Shown piece by piece: positions 11,553 through 23,063 of a DNA stretch of 64,000 nucleotides. Source of the DNA: Prasinococcaceae sp. CCMP 1430. Taxonomy: Eukaryota; Plantae; Prasinodermophyta. The position numbers and the translations under genes were made by a program. Location: NCBI GenBank assembly GCA_013416795.1, contig RQSC01000006.1, positions 94,313-158,312 of the forward strand, read 5' to 3'. The notes under the pieces were generated by a model. The model worked only from the letters and a program-made list of their open reading frames with translations. It was not told where the DNA came from and ran no database searches. The stretch's first letter is position 1. Every line of letters starts with the position of its first letter.

Positions 11553-12012
11553 CTGCGCTTTGGCGCGCGCGCTTTCAGCGCCGCTGCTGCGAATCTGGCG
11601 CCGCTTGCGATATTTCGGGACCCACACAAAATCAAAATAAATAAAAAAACGGGCCGGGTTGCGGTTGCGGCGTCGTCGGTGCCGGCGGGGTGGGTGGGNG
11701 CGCGAAATGAGGTCGAATGGGCTTCGAAAAAATCCGCGGAGGGAATTTGGGCACGCGCGCGCGAGCGCGAGCGCTCCGTCAAATCGCATCCACCGGGGAA
11801 AAAAAGAAAAAAAGAAAAAAAAAGAAAAAGCTGTTGCGGTGCGGGGGGTACCAGGGTCTGCAAATTACGGTAGGCCTAGTTTGGAGATCCACCTTCCCGT
11901 ATTGTATGGTCAATATGGATTCATAACGATCGGCAGAGAAAATTTCGAAGCGCGTGTGTGATTGCGACCGGCGTTCCCCCGCCGCGCGCGGCCCGCCGCG
12001 CTGCTCGGCGCG

Positions 12013-12673
12013 ATGACGACGGGCATGCGAGCGGCGCTCTCGCTCGCGGGGCTCAGCGTCGCGAAGGCCTTCATGGACTACGAGGGTGCGCGCGGGCGCA
12101 CGCGCGCCCCACGCACCGCGCACCGCCTGCTCCGCGCTGGTGCCTGGCGCCGCGCCGCCCGCACGCGACATGGTCGCTGACGCGCGCACGCGCGCGACGC
12201 GGCGCGCTCGCGTCGATCGCACGCGCGCAGTGGAGCGCACTGCAGCGGAGAACGCCATCAAGACGAACGGGCCCAAGGGAGTGGTCGACAAGGAAGTCGA
12301 GCTGGTCGAGAGCGACGGCAGCAGCCTGCGGGTGAAGACCGACCTGGCGCTCCTGGGGCTCAAGAAGTGGCACTTGCCCGAGACGGCCTGCGCAATCGAG
12401 AGGCGCGCGCGACTACCCAAATTCACGCCGGCGCAGCTCGCCGACATTGGCGCTCTGGAGACGACTGCGAGCGGCTGCCCCGTGCGCCGCCAGTCGCAGT
12501 CGCAGTGGACGATGTGCTGTGGCAGCCTCAAGGCGCGGTACAACGAGCAGCACATGACGCTGCACGTCGAGGTTTCCAACCCAGCGGGCGAAACGACGCC
12601 GCTGAGCGAGCATGAGCTGCAGCTCGCCGCCAAGATCGAGTCCTTCATCGAGGGAGTGGACCGGGCTGCCTAG
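12013..12673 (+). CDS. Pterin-4a-carbinolamine dehydratase (PCD)-fold-like protein; intron 12086-12230
   Basis: Phase-1 GTGCG..GCAG intron joins the exons; W..AIERR start and C-terminal LSEHELQLAAKIE resemble the PCD end GLSxxDxxLAAKI. Confidence 0.5.
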
Positions 12674-12850
12674 CAAGCGGCGCGGCTGCACAGGCGCGCG
12701 GCGCACGCTCGGCGATGCAGTAAGCGCGCACGTTGAGTTCGCGGCGATGCCGTGCACTGCAGTTTGAAAGCAGCCTCGGACCCCCGCGCTCAGTGGAATT
12801 GGAGGCGTCGTCGGAAAACAAAACCCAGCTCGCGGTTGCGCGTGCGTCCC

Positions 12851-13917
12851 TTACTCGCCCTCGTACGAGAGACACACGCTGCGCCCCCCGGGCGCGGGCA
12901 GAGCGTCGGGAGCGAACGCGCCAGAGGAAGTGCGCGGGAGAGGCGAGGACCACGAAGCGCTCGCGTCAGCTTTCCGGAGCGAGCGCCTGATAGGGACAGA
13001 CGCATTGCGCTCCGCTCACTCGGCAGGCTCGCCGCTCTTGCGCTGCTGGCAAGCAGCACGCGCGCCCACGCTCGTCCGCACCTGTTGACGCAGTGGCGCT
13101 CGTTCGTCGGCGTCGGGAAGCCCTCGCCCTTGAAGACGTGCCCCAGATGACCGCCGCAGTTTGAGCACACGATCTCGATGCGCATGCCATCGGCGTCAGG
13201 GAGCTCGGTGATGGCGCCCGGCACGCCTTCGTAGAAGGCCGGCCAGCCGCAACCAGAGTCAAACTTGCTCTTCGCGGTGTAGAGCGGCGCCTGCGTTTCG
13301 TCCACCGCGAGGTGCGTGCGCCGTGGTTTAGTGTGTTGGCAGTCGGGGCAGCCACTCCTCGAGTCAGCGCTAGGCGGCGGTCACGCGAGGCAATCCGAGG
13401 TGAGTGCGCCGCGGGGCGGCGTAGGCGAGCGCGCAGGCGCGTCGCGGGGGTGGCTGGCGATCACGCACATTGCAACCCACGCAATTGTAAGTGCCCTCCT
13501 CCGGGTAGTGCTTGTTGTACTCCCCAGTGCCCGGGAACTCAGTGCCCTTCTGGCGCAGCACGCGGAACTGCTCCGGGCTGAGCTTGAGCTGCCACTCTCC
13601 TGGCGTGAGGTCCTTGGGTGACTGCGCGGCAGAGCGGCAGCGCCGGGAGTCAGCACAGCGCCATCCACCACATCCGGGCACGCGCGCGCCGCAGCGAGCA
13701 GGCGCGCGGCCCTCGCCGTCGCCGCGGGCGGTGCCAGTACATCGCGGAAGAGAAGCGCGCGCGCAGGGCTCGCGAGCGGGGCCAGTGGGCGAGGGCGGTG
13801 CCCGGGGCGGGAGACGAGGGCAGGCCGCGCCAGGGCGCTCGCTCGCTCGCTCGTGCGCGGCGCGGCGCGGGGAGCGAGGCGACCGGCTGCTGCTGCCGAG
13901 CGTGCGGTGGCGATCAT
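12851..13917 (-). CDS. msrB: Peptide-methionine (R)-sulfoxide reductase MsrB, Zn-binding Cys form, with N-terminal transit-like peptide; multi-exon
   Basis: [39 protein letters not shown]; last exon 12851-12878 gives SVCLSYEGE*; start and first intron approximate. Confidence 0.9.
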
Positions 13918-14389
13918 CCCGATGGGCAGCGCGGGCGCCGCTGCTGCTGCTCCTCCTCCTGCTGCTGCGGCGGCGCGCGGTGTGCCGGCGGCGCGCCACG
14001 CGGCCGCGGATAAAGTAAATTGGGGTTCGGGGCGCAGCGCACCCGCTCAAAGACAACGGAATTCGAAATTATCGTCACCTAAGATTGATTTTACCCGCCC
14101 TTCCTCGCGTCCCTTAAAAACACCTCAACAAAGATGCAATGTGATATTAAAAGAAGTCGCCCGTGAGTAAATAATTTTCAGTGATGTGATATTTCATATC
14201 CGTAGGATGTGGCGGGCCCGGTTGCAGTGCGCGCTCGCGCGCCGCGGCGCCACAGTGCGAGCTCCTGCTGGGCGTGCGTGGGCGTGCGTGGGAGTGCGTG
14301 GGCGCGGCGGGCGGCGGAGGGAGGGGTGTCCCGATCGGGCGCGTGCCGGGTTCAGGTGGGGGCTTCGAGCGAGGCCTCGCGCGCGCGCG

Positions 14390-15401
14390 ATGGCCGAGCC
14401 GCCCGCCGCAGAGGCGCGCGTCGACTCGGCCGACTTCTCGGCGACGCCGGGGCGCTTCCGCTGGCTCAAGCTAGGGGAGATACAGTGGACCGACGAGCGC
14501 GGGCGGGCGCGCCGCTGGGAGACGGCCGAACGCTCGACGCGCGCGGCCGGCGCGGGGGTCGATGGCGTGTGCGTCGTCGCGCGGCTGGCGCCGTGGTCGT
14601 CGCGCGCGGCCGCGATGCGCTCGGACCTGCGCAGCTCGCCCCCCGAGGAGCACACCGTGCTGGTGTCGCAGTTCCGGCCCCCGGTGGGCGGCTACGTGCT
14701 CGAGCTCCCCGCGGGGCTCGTGGACAAGGGCGAGACGAGCCTCACCGCGGCGGTGCGCGAGCTCAAGGAGGAAACGGGGTACACAGCCAATGCGTCGGCG
14801 CTGGCGTTTGCGCGCACGTCGCCCATTGTGCCGTGCGACCCGGGCCTCTCCGGCTCGAACATGCAGGCGATATGCATGAAGGTTGACGTCGAAGCGGACG
14901 GCAACGCGGACCCGCAGGACGCGCAGGAGGACGCCGAGTGCATCGAGAAGCACGTCGTTCCGTCCGGGGGCGGGTGCGTGCGTGCGATGCGCGCGGGCGC
15001 GGGAAGCGAGGCTGGGCACGGCGCCCGCGCGCGTGCGTTCGTGCGCGCGCGCGCGCGTGCGAGGGACGGATGATCCGAGCACAGCGCCTGGGGCGCCCGC
15101 AGCGCCCTTGAATCGCCTCTCCTCGCGCGCGTGCTGACGCGCATCGCTCGCCCTTTCGCATGCCGCTGCGCCATCTCGATCTCGCAGCGCGCTGCTCGAG
15201 GCCATCGAGCGCCTGCGGTCGGAGAAAGGCCTCGTCCCCGACGCGCGGCTGTGGATGTACGCCGCGGGCCGCCGCGACGAGGCGGAGGCGTGGGCGCCGC
15301 ACGTCGCGCTCGCGCATGCCGCCGGCTTCCACCGAGGCCTCATAGCGGGCGCCCTCGGTGCGGGCCTGCTGCTGGCCGTGTGGAGCGGCACCCGCCCGTG
15401 A
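14390..15401 (+). CDS. Nudix hydrolase, ADP-ribose pyrophosphatase (NUDT5/YSA1)-like; intron 14974-15187
   Basis: Nudix box GLVDKGETSLTAAVRELKEETGY, QFRPPVG, DPGLS; phase-2 intron leads to an exon ending GLIAGALGAGLLLAVWSGTRP*. Confidence 0.85.
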
Positions 15402-15521
15402 GCGCCATCTCAATTCACTTGACGTACCAGCGCGCGCAGCTTCTAGACCCTATCATGCGCCCGCGCTCTTACCCTAATTCGCTTTTCCGTAACCCTGGGC
15501 AGGCGCTGCGTTCTGCAGCGC

Positions 15522-15552
<31 letters not shown>

Positions 15553-15724
15553 CTGCCGCCGNNNNNNNNNNNNNNNNNNNNNNNNNNNNNNNNNNNNNNN
15601 NNNNNNNNNNNNNNNNNNNNNNNNNNNNNNCGCGGTGCCGCTGCGGGCCGCCGACGTCGAGCCGCTGCGGCCCGACCCGCGCGGGCTGCGCGGCGTGCCC
15701 GACGGCGAGCTCGACTCGCGCGAG

Positions 15725-16960
15725 ATGGCCGTGCGCGCGCAGGACACCGTCGGCCGACCGCTCTACCTCGACATGCAGGCGACCACGCCGATGGACCCGC
15801 GCGTGCTCGACGCCATGCTGCCGTACATGACCGGCCAGTTTGGCAACGCGCACTCGCGCACGCATGTGTACGGCTGGGAGTCGGACGCCGCGGTGGAGGC
15901 CGCGCGCGCGCAGGTCGCGAGCCTGGTCGGCGCGGATGCCAAGGAGATCATATTCACCTCGGGCGCCACCGAGTCCAACAACATGGCCATCAAGGGCGTC
16001 GCCGAGTTTTACGCGGGGCGCAAGAAGCATGTCATCACAACGCAGACGGACCACAAGTGCGTGCTCGACTCGTGCAGGCACCTCGAGCAGCAGGGCTGGG
16101 ACGTGACGTACCTGCCGGTGCAGACCAACGGCCTGGTGGACCTGCAGGTGCTCGAGGAGGCCATCCGCCCCGACACGGCGGTGTGCTCGGTGATGGCGGT
16201 GAACAACGAGATCGGGGTGGTGCAGCCCATCAAGCAGATCGGCGAGATATGCCGCAAGCACAAGGTGTTCTTCCACACCGACGCCGCGCAAGCCGTGGGC
16301 AAGGTGCCCATCGACGTCAACGACATGAACATCGACCTCATGTCCATCTCGGGCCACAAGCTCTACGGGCCCAAGGGCATCGGCGCCATCTACGTGCGCC
16401 GCCGGCCGCGCGTGCGGCTCTCGCCGATCATCAACGGCGGCGGGCAGGAGCGTGGTCTCCGCTCGGGGACCCTCCCGACGCCACTGGCGGTGGGGCTTGG
16501 CGCCGCGTGCGACGTGGCGGCGCGCGAAATGGCGCACGACACGGCGCACGTGAAGGCGCTCTCCGAGCGCCTGCTGTCAGGGCTGCGCGCGCGGCTGACG
16601 CACATCCACCTCAACGGCGACGAGGAAGCGCGCTACCCGGGCAACGTCAACGTGAGCTTTGAGCACGTCGAGGGCGAGTCACTCCTGATGGGTCTCAAGC
16701 AGGTGGCGGTGTCGAGTGGCTCGGCATGCACGAGCGCGTCGCTCGAGCCGTCGTACGTGCTGCGCGCGCTGGGTGCCGACGACGAGATGGCGCACAGCTC
16801 CATCCGCTTTGGCGTGGGCCGCTTCACCACCGAGCAGGAGGTCGACGCCGCCATCGAGACGACGGTCGAGCATGTCGACAAGCTCCGCGAGATGTCGCCA
16901 CTGTGGGAGATGGTGCAGGAGGGCATCGACCTGAAGACCGTCCAGTGGACACAGCACTGA
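15725..16960 (+). CDS. NFS1: Mitochondrial cysteine desulfurase NFS1/IscS (N-terminus obscured by gap 15562-15630)
   Basis: [29 protein letters not shown] (PLP Lys), SSGSACTS catalytic Cys, SPLWEM...WTQH C-terminus; TGTAA at 17019. Confidence 0.96.
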   Translation: MAVRAQDTVGRPLYLDMQATTPMDPRVLDAMLPYMTGQFGNAHSRTHVYGWESDAAVEAARAQVASLVGADAKEIIFTSGATESNNMAIKGVAEFYAGRKKHVITTQTDHKCVLDSCRHLEQQGWDVTYLPVQTNGLVDLQVLEEAIRPDTAVCSVMAVNNEIGVVQPIKQIGEICRKHKVFFHTDAAQAVGKVPIDVNDMNIDLMSISGHKLYGPKGIGAIYVRRRPRVRLSPIINGGGQERGLRSGTLPTPLAVGLGAACDVAAREMAHDTAHVKALSERLLSGLRARLTHIHLNGDEEARYPGNVNVSFEHVEGESLLMGLKQVAVSSGSACTSASLEPSYVLRALGADDEMAHSSIRFGVGRFTTEQEVDAAIETTVEHVDKLREMSPLWEMVQEGIDLKTVQWTQH

Positions 16961-17018
16961 GTCCCGCCGCGGCGCGTCGCTGACCCCGCGGCAACCTCAG
17001 CGAAGGCCGCGCCGAGTG

Positions 17019-17023
17019 TGTAA
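17019..17023 (+). terminator. TGTAA (UGUAA) green-algal poly(A) signal, representative site
   Basis: Found on the coding strand shortly 3' of many stops: + at 17019, 28678, 33412, 40362, 42183; - at 10097, 23284, 49690, 52647, 58998, 61809. Confidence 0.75.
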
Positions 17024-17039
17024 TTTATTTTTGTTGTTC

Positions 17040-17935
17040 TCACGCGAGCACCGCCGCTCCAGACGCCGCCGGATCTCCCTGGATGTCGCGCAGGAGGGGC
17101 GCAGCTCACCCTTTCTTGTGTCAACGCGCGGTCGTGCAGGCGCTGATTGCGCACATGCCCGACGGCGAAGTGAGCGCGTGCACCCGCGTTCGCATGCGCA
17201 CGCGCACGCACGTGCGCCCGTGGACGTCAAGTATGGTACATTGCGAGTACAGTGGCGCTCGCGTCTGCATCCGCGTGCGCGTGGCGCAAAGCGCAGATAG
17301 GCACGCGCGTTCACCCCATGAGCGCCCACGCCAGCCAGTGGCTGGACCCCCACGCAGCAGCGATCGCCCACGTCGCTCCGGTAGCCACCCGCTTGGACAG
17401 CCGCATGTCGTTGGCGAATGAGTCGATGGCCTGCGTGGCACGTCGGGCGCGCGCGTTCGCATGTCAAGGCGCGTCAGCTCGCGGCGCCAAGCACGCACGC
17501 GCGCGTGCGCAGGCGCACGCATGGGAAGGCAGGTGTCCACGTACATACAGGAGCGCGTGTTCCATGTCACCCCGTGGTTGCGTGAAGCACAGGATGCAAA
17601 GTAGCACGGCGAGGACCGACTGCATTCTGAACACGCTCTGCGAGTGCGAGCGCGCGGGCGTCGTCCGCGAGAGAGCGGGAGCGATGATGTCAGCAGTCTG
17701 CACGCGGGCGCGGAGCGCGCGGGCCCACACGCAGTGTGGCACGCTCGCTCGCTCGCGCACGGTAGCACACGCACGGCGCACGCACCGTCGTGCCCCACGC
17801 GATCGCAAGCGCAGCCAACGTCAAGGCGGCGCCCGTCCCGGCCGCTTGGTAGCTGAACCCCTCGGCACGCGCGCGCCGCAGCGTGGCGGCGGCAACCATG
17901 GCGGCGGCGGCCACGGCGGCCAGGCGCGCGACCAC
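17040..17935 (-). CDS. Possible small multi-exon membrane protein
   Basis: Hydrophobic exon-like pieces (MVAAATL...LAALAIAWG; VLAVLLCILCF; AIDSFANDMRLSKRVATGATWAIAAAWG) separated by GT..AG purine-pyrimidine-repeat segments; model uncertain. Confidence 0.3.
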
Positions 17936-18176
17936 CGCGGCGGTGCCCGCTGGTACCTGGGATCAGGATGAATGGATTTCATTTTCCCAGCGCTTCCGGG
18001 CGGTGCGGCCCCGCTCAGCGCGCGTGCTGTGGCGCCCGCCGAGCTCGAGTGAAACCCTGTTCACATCTTCGAATTCGAGGCGTCAAATTAAACCCTAAAT
18101 GACTAAACCTAATATGGAAATCCTAACCTAGTGTGCATGCGTGTCCAGGCGAGGTACACGCCACCGCACACGGCGC

Positions 18177-21100
18177 TCAGAGCTCGATGCGAAACTGCTG
18201 CATCTCGATCTCCATGGAGCCGCCGCCGTCCTCGAGGTCGTAGGCGTCGTCGATGGCGCCGGCGGAGCCCAGGACGCTCTCGCTGAACAGCTGCGCCATG
18301 GTCGCCCCGAGGTCGTCGTAGGTGCTGTCCTCGCGTGCGTCCGCGGTGTCGGCGCCGCGCATGCGCGCGCTGAGGTATTCCGCGCCTGCGCCCATGAAGG
18401 CACCGCGCGCGCTGCAGTGCTTGAGAAGCGCGCGCCAGTTTGAGTCCTCCGCGAGCGCCTGCGGGTGCCCACACACTACGAGCAGCGCCTTGGCCCGCGT
18501 GATGGCCACGTTGAATCTGTTGGGGGAGCTGAATGCATGGATCGCCGCGGCGTTGCTGCCGCTCCCTCCGCCAGCGGCGCGCAGCGACGCTGGTCTCGTG
18601 AGCACCGTACTTATCAGCAGCACCCGAGCTTCTTGGCCCTGATAGTCATCAATCGTTCCGACGCGCACGGCGCCGAGCCCTCTCTGGCGAAGACAGTGGC
18701 GAATCGCATGTACTTGCGATCGGAAGAGCGCCACCACGCCCAGCTCGCTCGCGCTGGTGTCTACGTGCTCAGCGGTGACGAGGCTCTCGACGAGATCGGT
18801 GACGACGGTAGCCTCAAAGGGATTGAACCACGAGTGGTCGCCCTGACGCACCTGTCGGCCATGCACGCCATACATGACCAGTGGAGGGACCTCGCTGCTT
18901 GCCGACGGAGGTATCCACGCAGGGGGGCGGACGCTGTCTGGATCTGCTGCCGAAATGAGCGCATCTTCATAGAACAGGCGTGATGGCAGCGAAAGGAGTG
19001 CCTGCGATGAGCGGTACGAGCGCAGGAGCGCAGCGACTTTCAGGCCGCCGAGCCCTTTCGTGCGCATCAGGGCGCCGAGCAGTGACGATGTCATGGCCTT
19101 TCGCACGCTTCTCACGCTCGTGTGCACGAGTGGCCCCAACTGGAGAGGGTCCCCGACGAGAAGGACCCGCGGCTCTTCGACTTCAAGGCCGAGGCCGAAC
19201 GGTGGCGGTGGGCTCACGAGGATGGCCGTCACCAACGGACAGAGTGTCTCCGCCACCAGCGCCTGCCCCGCCTCGTCAACGATGACGTGCGACACGCGCC
19301 GGTCCGCCTGATTGCCACCGTATCCATCGCTGGTGGCGCTCCCCGCCCGAGCCCTCGCGAGGAGCGTCGCGCCACCACAGGTGGCGACAATAATCGAGCA
19401 CTCGGAGGACAGGGCGGCCTGAACGGCCGCGTGCTCATCGAAGGCTCGGCCAATGCCGCCATGGCCACCGTCAGACTGCGAAAAATAGCAGAACGGGATG
19501 ACGTCGGCCTTCACGCTCTCGGCAAGCCTGGTGGCAGCATTGATTCTCACGAGGTAGCCCTTGTCGAGAGTGACACCCGGCGCACACGACGGCGCCGTCG
19601 CAAGCTGCGACGCCAGCAGGTCTGCGGCGAAGTTGGTGGGGGCGCACACGAGCACCTTGGCATCTGGGGTGTGCAGCAAGACTTGCCGCACAACCTCGAC
19701 CACTGTTGAGGACTTGCCGGTCCCAGGGGGGCCAAAGATGCACATTGGTGGCGCTGCGTCGTTGCAGGCATATCCGCCGTGGTCCGTGCCCCCGACGCGT
19801 GCGCTGAGGTCTTCGGGCAGTCTCAACTCCCCACTGTCGGCTGGGTGGGCGTCGTCAAAGTCTTCCCAGAAGACGTACTTCTCCACAGCCGCGAGCTGCT
19901 CGCGGTTGAGCAGCTCATTGAAGGGTTCGCATCGCCGCACCGACGTTCCAGGATGCGATTCCATGGCGCCATTCGAACCCGGCACCTGATCGCCCGCTCT
20001 GCGGCGCGAGGACTCCGCGAGGCTGGCGGCCTCGGCAAGTGCACGGGCACATGCGCCGTCACCATCGTTCTGCCCGTCGGTTGAGCCCTCCTGGCACAGT
20101 GATTCAAGCAGCGGCGCGATCCATCGTGGCGGTTGGGGCAGCGCCTGCGCTTGCTCGAGCGTCCACCCGAGAGCGGCAAATAGGTGATTGTCGACGGCGA
20201 AGGACACATGCACTCGAAGCGGTGGCACCTTCTCTTGATGCTCGGCACCTCCTTTTCCCGCTGTGGGGCTGTACAGTGCCTCCAAGAAGCCTGCGAGTTG
20301 CCCGGCTCGTCTCGAATCAATGTGTTGAGTGCGGGTGACCAGCTCGGCGACCTCGTCAGGGAGCTTGAGCATCACTGTCCCCTTTTGCACTTGCACGACG
20401 GTCATGCCGAGTTCGAAGCTCTCGGGGGCATACGCTGGGCGCACGCGCACGACGTCCCCGGCAGATAGCGCTGGCCTGCCTTCCTCGACTCCAGGCGCTT
20501 CAAACTGCACGAGGCGTGCCCTCGAGCCCGCTGTTTGCCCCCCTCCGCTCGAGGCACAAAGCTGCACGTGGAACATGTCGCATTTGCGCAGGTTTTCGGC
20601 GATGGCATTGCGCTCGACCGCCGAGAGCGAAGCGAGCGCACGGAGCGCCACGCGCGCCTCCGACGCCTCGTCTGACTCATCTATTCGCGTTTTGCTCGCG
20701 AGCGCCCACTCGCGAATCGTCCTTGGGAGTGCCTCGCCGGTCAACAGTGTTTCCAAGTCGATACTGCTGCCGAGCGCGCGCTCAGCCCGCGCCTGGCGTC
20801 CCTCGTCTGCGAAGGCCACGCGCGCGGGGCGATCGAACAACGTGCGGAGGTTGCCGGGCACAAACTGCGGCGCGTCTTCCGACAGCCTGACAAACTCGGT
20901 GGTGTTCGACACGAGCGCGAGCGTCACGGGGCACGCCAGGGGTTCCAGCGGGCCGAAACCTCCGTACTGCTCCTGCAGTGCCGCTGGGGCAATGTGCGGG
21001 AGCCGCACGCCGACGCCCACCACGAAGCGGCTCGCGTGCAACCCGCACTTGGCCGACGGGCGCAACTCGATCGTGAAGTTGTACGAGGCCCCTGCTGGGA

Positions 21101-21830
21101 GTACCACCGCGGGGACGTCCTCGTCCGCCCTCGCGATCGCTTGGGCATCCGCCGCGAGGGCGATGCCCTCGTCGTCGAGCACCCTCACGCTGCCCGCGCC
21201 TTCGAGCTGGGGCACGAGTTTTGGAAGTGCGATGACGACTTCCACACTGCCTGAGTTGACGAGGCAGAGGCTGCGGTAGAGCGCGCGCGAGAGCATTGCC
21301 TCCTCGGGGCGCGGCGCGTGTCGCAGCCCGAAGTCGGCGCACGACGGCGGTTGCATGTGCACGCCGAGCTTTGGAGCGTCGAGCAATTGGGCGCCGGCGC
21401 GCGCAGCGTCGAGGTCGGAGGAGCCGCAGCGCGCGAGCGCCTCGCGCAGCGTCCTCTCGTACGCCGCCTGCATGGCGCGCGGCACGCGCATCGTGTACGG
21501 CCTCGACGGCAACTTGCTAGCACGCGCGCGGCCCGACGCGGGCGCGGCGGCATCCCCAGCCCCGTGGAGCGGGTAGACAGACAGCGGCACGGCTGGCGTG
21601 AACGGCGCGTGGGCCACGACATGGGGGGGTGGGGGCAGCATGCTCGCGTGTGCGGCGAACATCTCGCCCATGAACATCCCCGGACTGGCGAGGGCGGGCG
21701 CGCCGTTGGGCCACGGCGCGTGCATCGGCGTGGGCGCATGCGGCGGCGCGTGCGCATACGGCGCTGCGGCAGGCGGGGCGCTCAGAGCGCGCCGCTCGCG
21801 CTCCGTGCCCATTCGCGCCGAGCTGCTCAT
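18177..21830 (-). CDS. SDE3: UPF1-like SF1B RNA helicase, MOV10/SDE3/Armitage type
   Basis: GPPGTGKS, VCAPTNFAAD, DEAGQ, GDPLQLGP, YRS, GTIDDYQGQE, RFNVAITRAK; MOV10-like beta-barrel motif PGVEEGRPALSAGD. Confidence 0.8.
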   Translation of the reverse strand: MSSSARMGTERERRALSAPPAAAPYAHAPPHAPTPMHAPWPNGAPALASPGMFMGEMFAAHASMLPPPPHVVAHAPFTPAVPLSVYPLHGAGDAAAPASGRARASKLPSRPYTMRVPRAMQAAYERTLREALARCGSSDLDAARAGAQLLDAPKLGVHMQPPSCADFGLRHAPRPEEAMLSRALYRSLCLVNSGSVEVVIALPKLVPQLEGAGSVRVLDDEGIALAADAQAIARADEDVPAVVLPAGASYNFTIELRPSAKCGLHASRFVVGVGVRLPHIAPAALQEQYGGFGPLEPLACPVTLALVSNTTEFVRLSEDAPQFVPGNLRTLFDRPARVAFADEGRQARAERALGSSIDLETLLTGEALPRTIREWALASKTRIDESDEASEARVALRALASLSAVERNAIAENLRKCDMFHVQLCASSGGGQTAGSRARLVQFEAPGVEEGRPALSAGDVVRVRPAYAPESFELGMTVVQVQKGTVMLKLPDEVAELVTRTQHIDSRRAGQLAGFLEALYSPTAGKGGAEHQEKVPPLRVHVSFAVDNHLFAALGWTLEQAQALPQPPRWIAPLLESLCQEGSTDGQNDGDGACARALAEAASLAESSRRRAGDQVPGSNGAMESHPGTSVRRCEPFNELLNREQLAAVEKYVFWEDFDDAHPADSGELRLPEDLSARVGGTDHGGYACNDAAPPMCIFGPPGTGKSSTVVEVVRQVLLHTPDAKVLVCAPTNFAADLLASQLATAPSCAPGVTLDKGYLVRINAATRLAESVKADVIPFCYFSQSDGGHGGIGRAFDEHAAVQAALSSECSIIVATCGGATLLARARAGSATSDGYGGNQADRRVSHVIVDEAGQALVAETLCPLVTAILVSPPPPFGLGLEVEEPRVLLVGDPLQLGPLVHTSVRSVRKAMTSSLLGALMRTKGLGGLKVAALLRSYRSSQALLSLPSRLFYEDALISAADPDSVRPPAWIPPSASSEVPPLVMYGVHGRQVRQGDHSWFNPFEATVVTDLVESLVTAEHVDTSASELGVVALFRSQVHAIRHCLRQRGLGAVRVGTIDDYQGQEARVLLISTVLTRPASLRAAGGGSGSNAAAIHAFSSPNRFNVAITRAKALLVVCGHPQALAEDSNWRALLKHCSARGAFMGAGAEYLSARMRGADTADAREDSTYDDLGATMAQLFSESVLGSAGAIDDAYDLEDGGGSMEIEMQQFRIEL

Positions 21831-22139
21831 CGCTCAGCCACGCGGCGCCTCCCCGGCCCTCACGCTCCCTATCGCGCCGACATCGCCCACGCACGCGGCC
21901 CGGCCGCTGACACGCCTCCCGGCGTTGGCGCGCTGCGCGCGCACCGTGTGCCCCGCCACACACTGCAGGCGCTGTATGCAGGACCGCAGGACCGCTGGAC
22001 CGCAGGACCGCAGGAGAGCCCTCAGGCCGCGAACGCTGCCAGTCTGCGCGCGAGCGGCGCGGGACGTGCTCACACCCACCAGCGCGTGCGCGCGTGCGCA
22101 CGCGCACGCGCGCCGGCCGTCGCGTGGTCTCACGCGCGT

Positions 22140-23063
22140 ATGGCTGCAGCTGCTGCTGCTGCTGCTGCGGCGGCGGCGGCAGCCGTGCCAGTGCTGTACG
22201 AGAGCGACCAGCTGCTGGTGGTCCACAAGCCCGCGGGCGTGCCGTTCCAGTGCGTGGGCGCGCGCGCAGGCGCCGTCGAGCTCGCGCGGCGCGCACACGT
22301 GCCGGGCTACCGCGCGCGCAGCGGCGGCGACGACGACAGCGATGGTGGCGGCGGCGGCGATGGGCTCCTGCTGCCGGTGCACCGGCTGGACGCGGTCACG
22401 AGCGGCGCGCTCGTACTCGCCAGGACATGCGAGGCCGCCGCTGCCGCCGCGGAGGAGTTCCGCGCGCGGCGCGTGAGCAAGTATTACGTCGCGTTGTCGG
22501 CACGCAGGCCACGGAAGAAGCAGGGCGTCGTGGCCGGCGGGATGGAGCGGGCGCGTAGGTCGCAGTGGCGCCTGACGCGCGGCGCGGGGCCGGCCGGCGC
22601 CGGCGGCGGCAACTTCGCGCGCACGCGCTTCGACAGCTGGAGCGTCGACAGCGCGCGCCATCCGCGCCTGCGGGCGTTCTGCCTGAAACCCGAGACGGGA
22701 CGAACGCACCAGCTGCGCGTCGCCATGAAGTCGCTGGGCGCGCCCATCCTGGGCGATCCGCTGTACGCCCACGCCGCCGACGCAGCGCAGGAGCGGCGGT
22801 GCTACCTGCACGCGGCGGCCGTGCGGCTACGCGTGCGAGGGGAGGCTGTCTCGGTCGTCGCGCCGCCGGCGCTCAGCCTGTGCTACGACGACCTCGAGGG
22901 CGACGAGGAGGGCGACGAGGAGTCTCCCAGTCGTACCTCGGAGTTTGCCACGGCGGAGTTCGTGGAGTGGTGGGAACGCACCTTCGAGCTGGCCCTGGCG
23001 GACGGGGGCGACCGCGAGGACTGGTTCGACGGCAGCACGCAGCTCAGCGCGCCGCCGCCGTGA
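22140..23063 (+). CDS. RluA-family RNA pseudouridine synthase
   Basis: VVHKPAG, HRLDAVTSG (catalytic Asp), TGRTHQLRV, PILGDPLY, YLHA. Confidence 0.9.
   Translation: MAAAAAAAAAAAAAAVPVLYESDQLLVVHKPAGVPFQCVGARAGAVELARRAHVPGYRARSGGDDDSDGGGGGDGLLLPVHRLDAVTSGALVLARTCEAAAAAAEEFRARRVSKYYVALSARRPRKKQGVVAGGMERARRSQWRLTRGAGPAGAGGGNFARTRFDSWSVDSARHPRLRAFCLKPETGRTHQLRVAMKSLGAPILGDPLYAHAADAAQERRCYLHAAAVRLRVRGEAVSVVAPPALSLCYDDLEGDEEGDEESPSRTSEFATAEFVEWWERTFELALADGGDREDWFDGSTQLSAPPP

Noticed and set aside
10958-11873. Long His/Thr or Cys/Val-rich ORFs
   Set aside because: Translations of the (CA)n microsatellite; the same applies near 24.9-25.2 kb and 55.2 kb
12851-13917. MsrB as a selenoprotein
   Set aside because: Catalytic residue is Cys (RHCVNS) with no in-frame TGA
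4141-16960. Fe-S gene cluster (ATM1 and NFS1)
   Set aside because: About 10 kb and six unrelated genes apart; compatible with chance in a compact genome without synteny evidence
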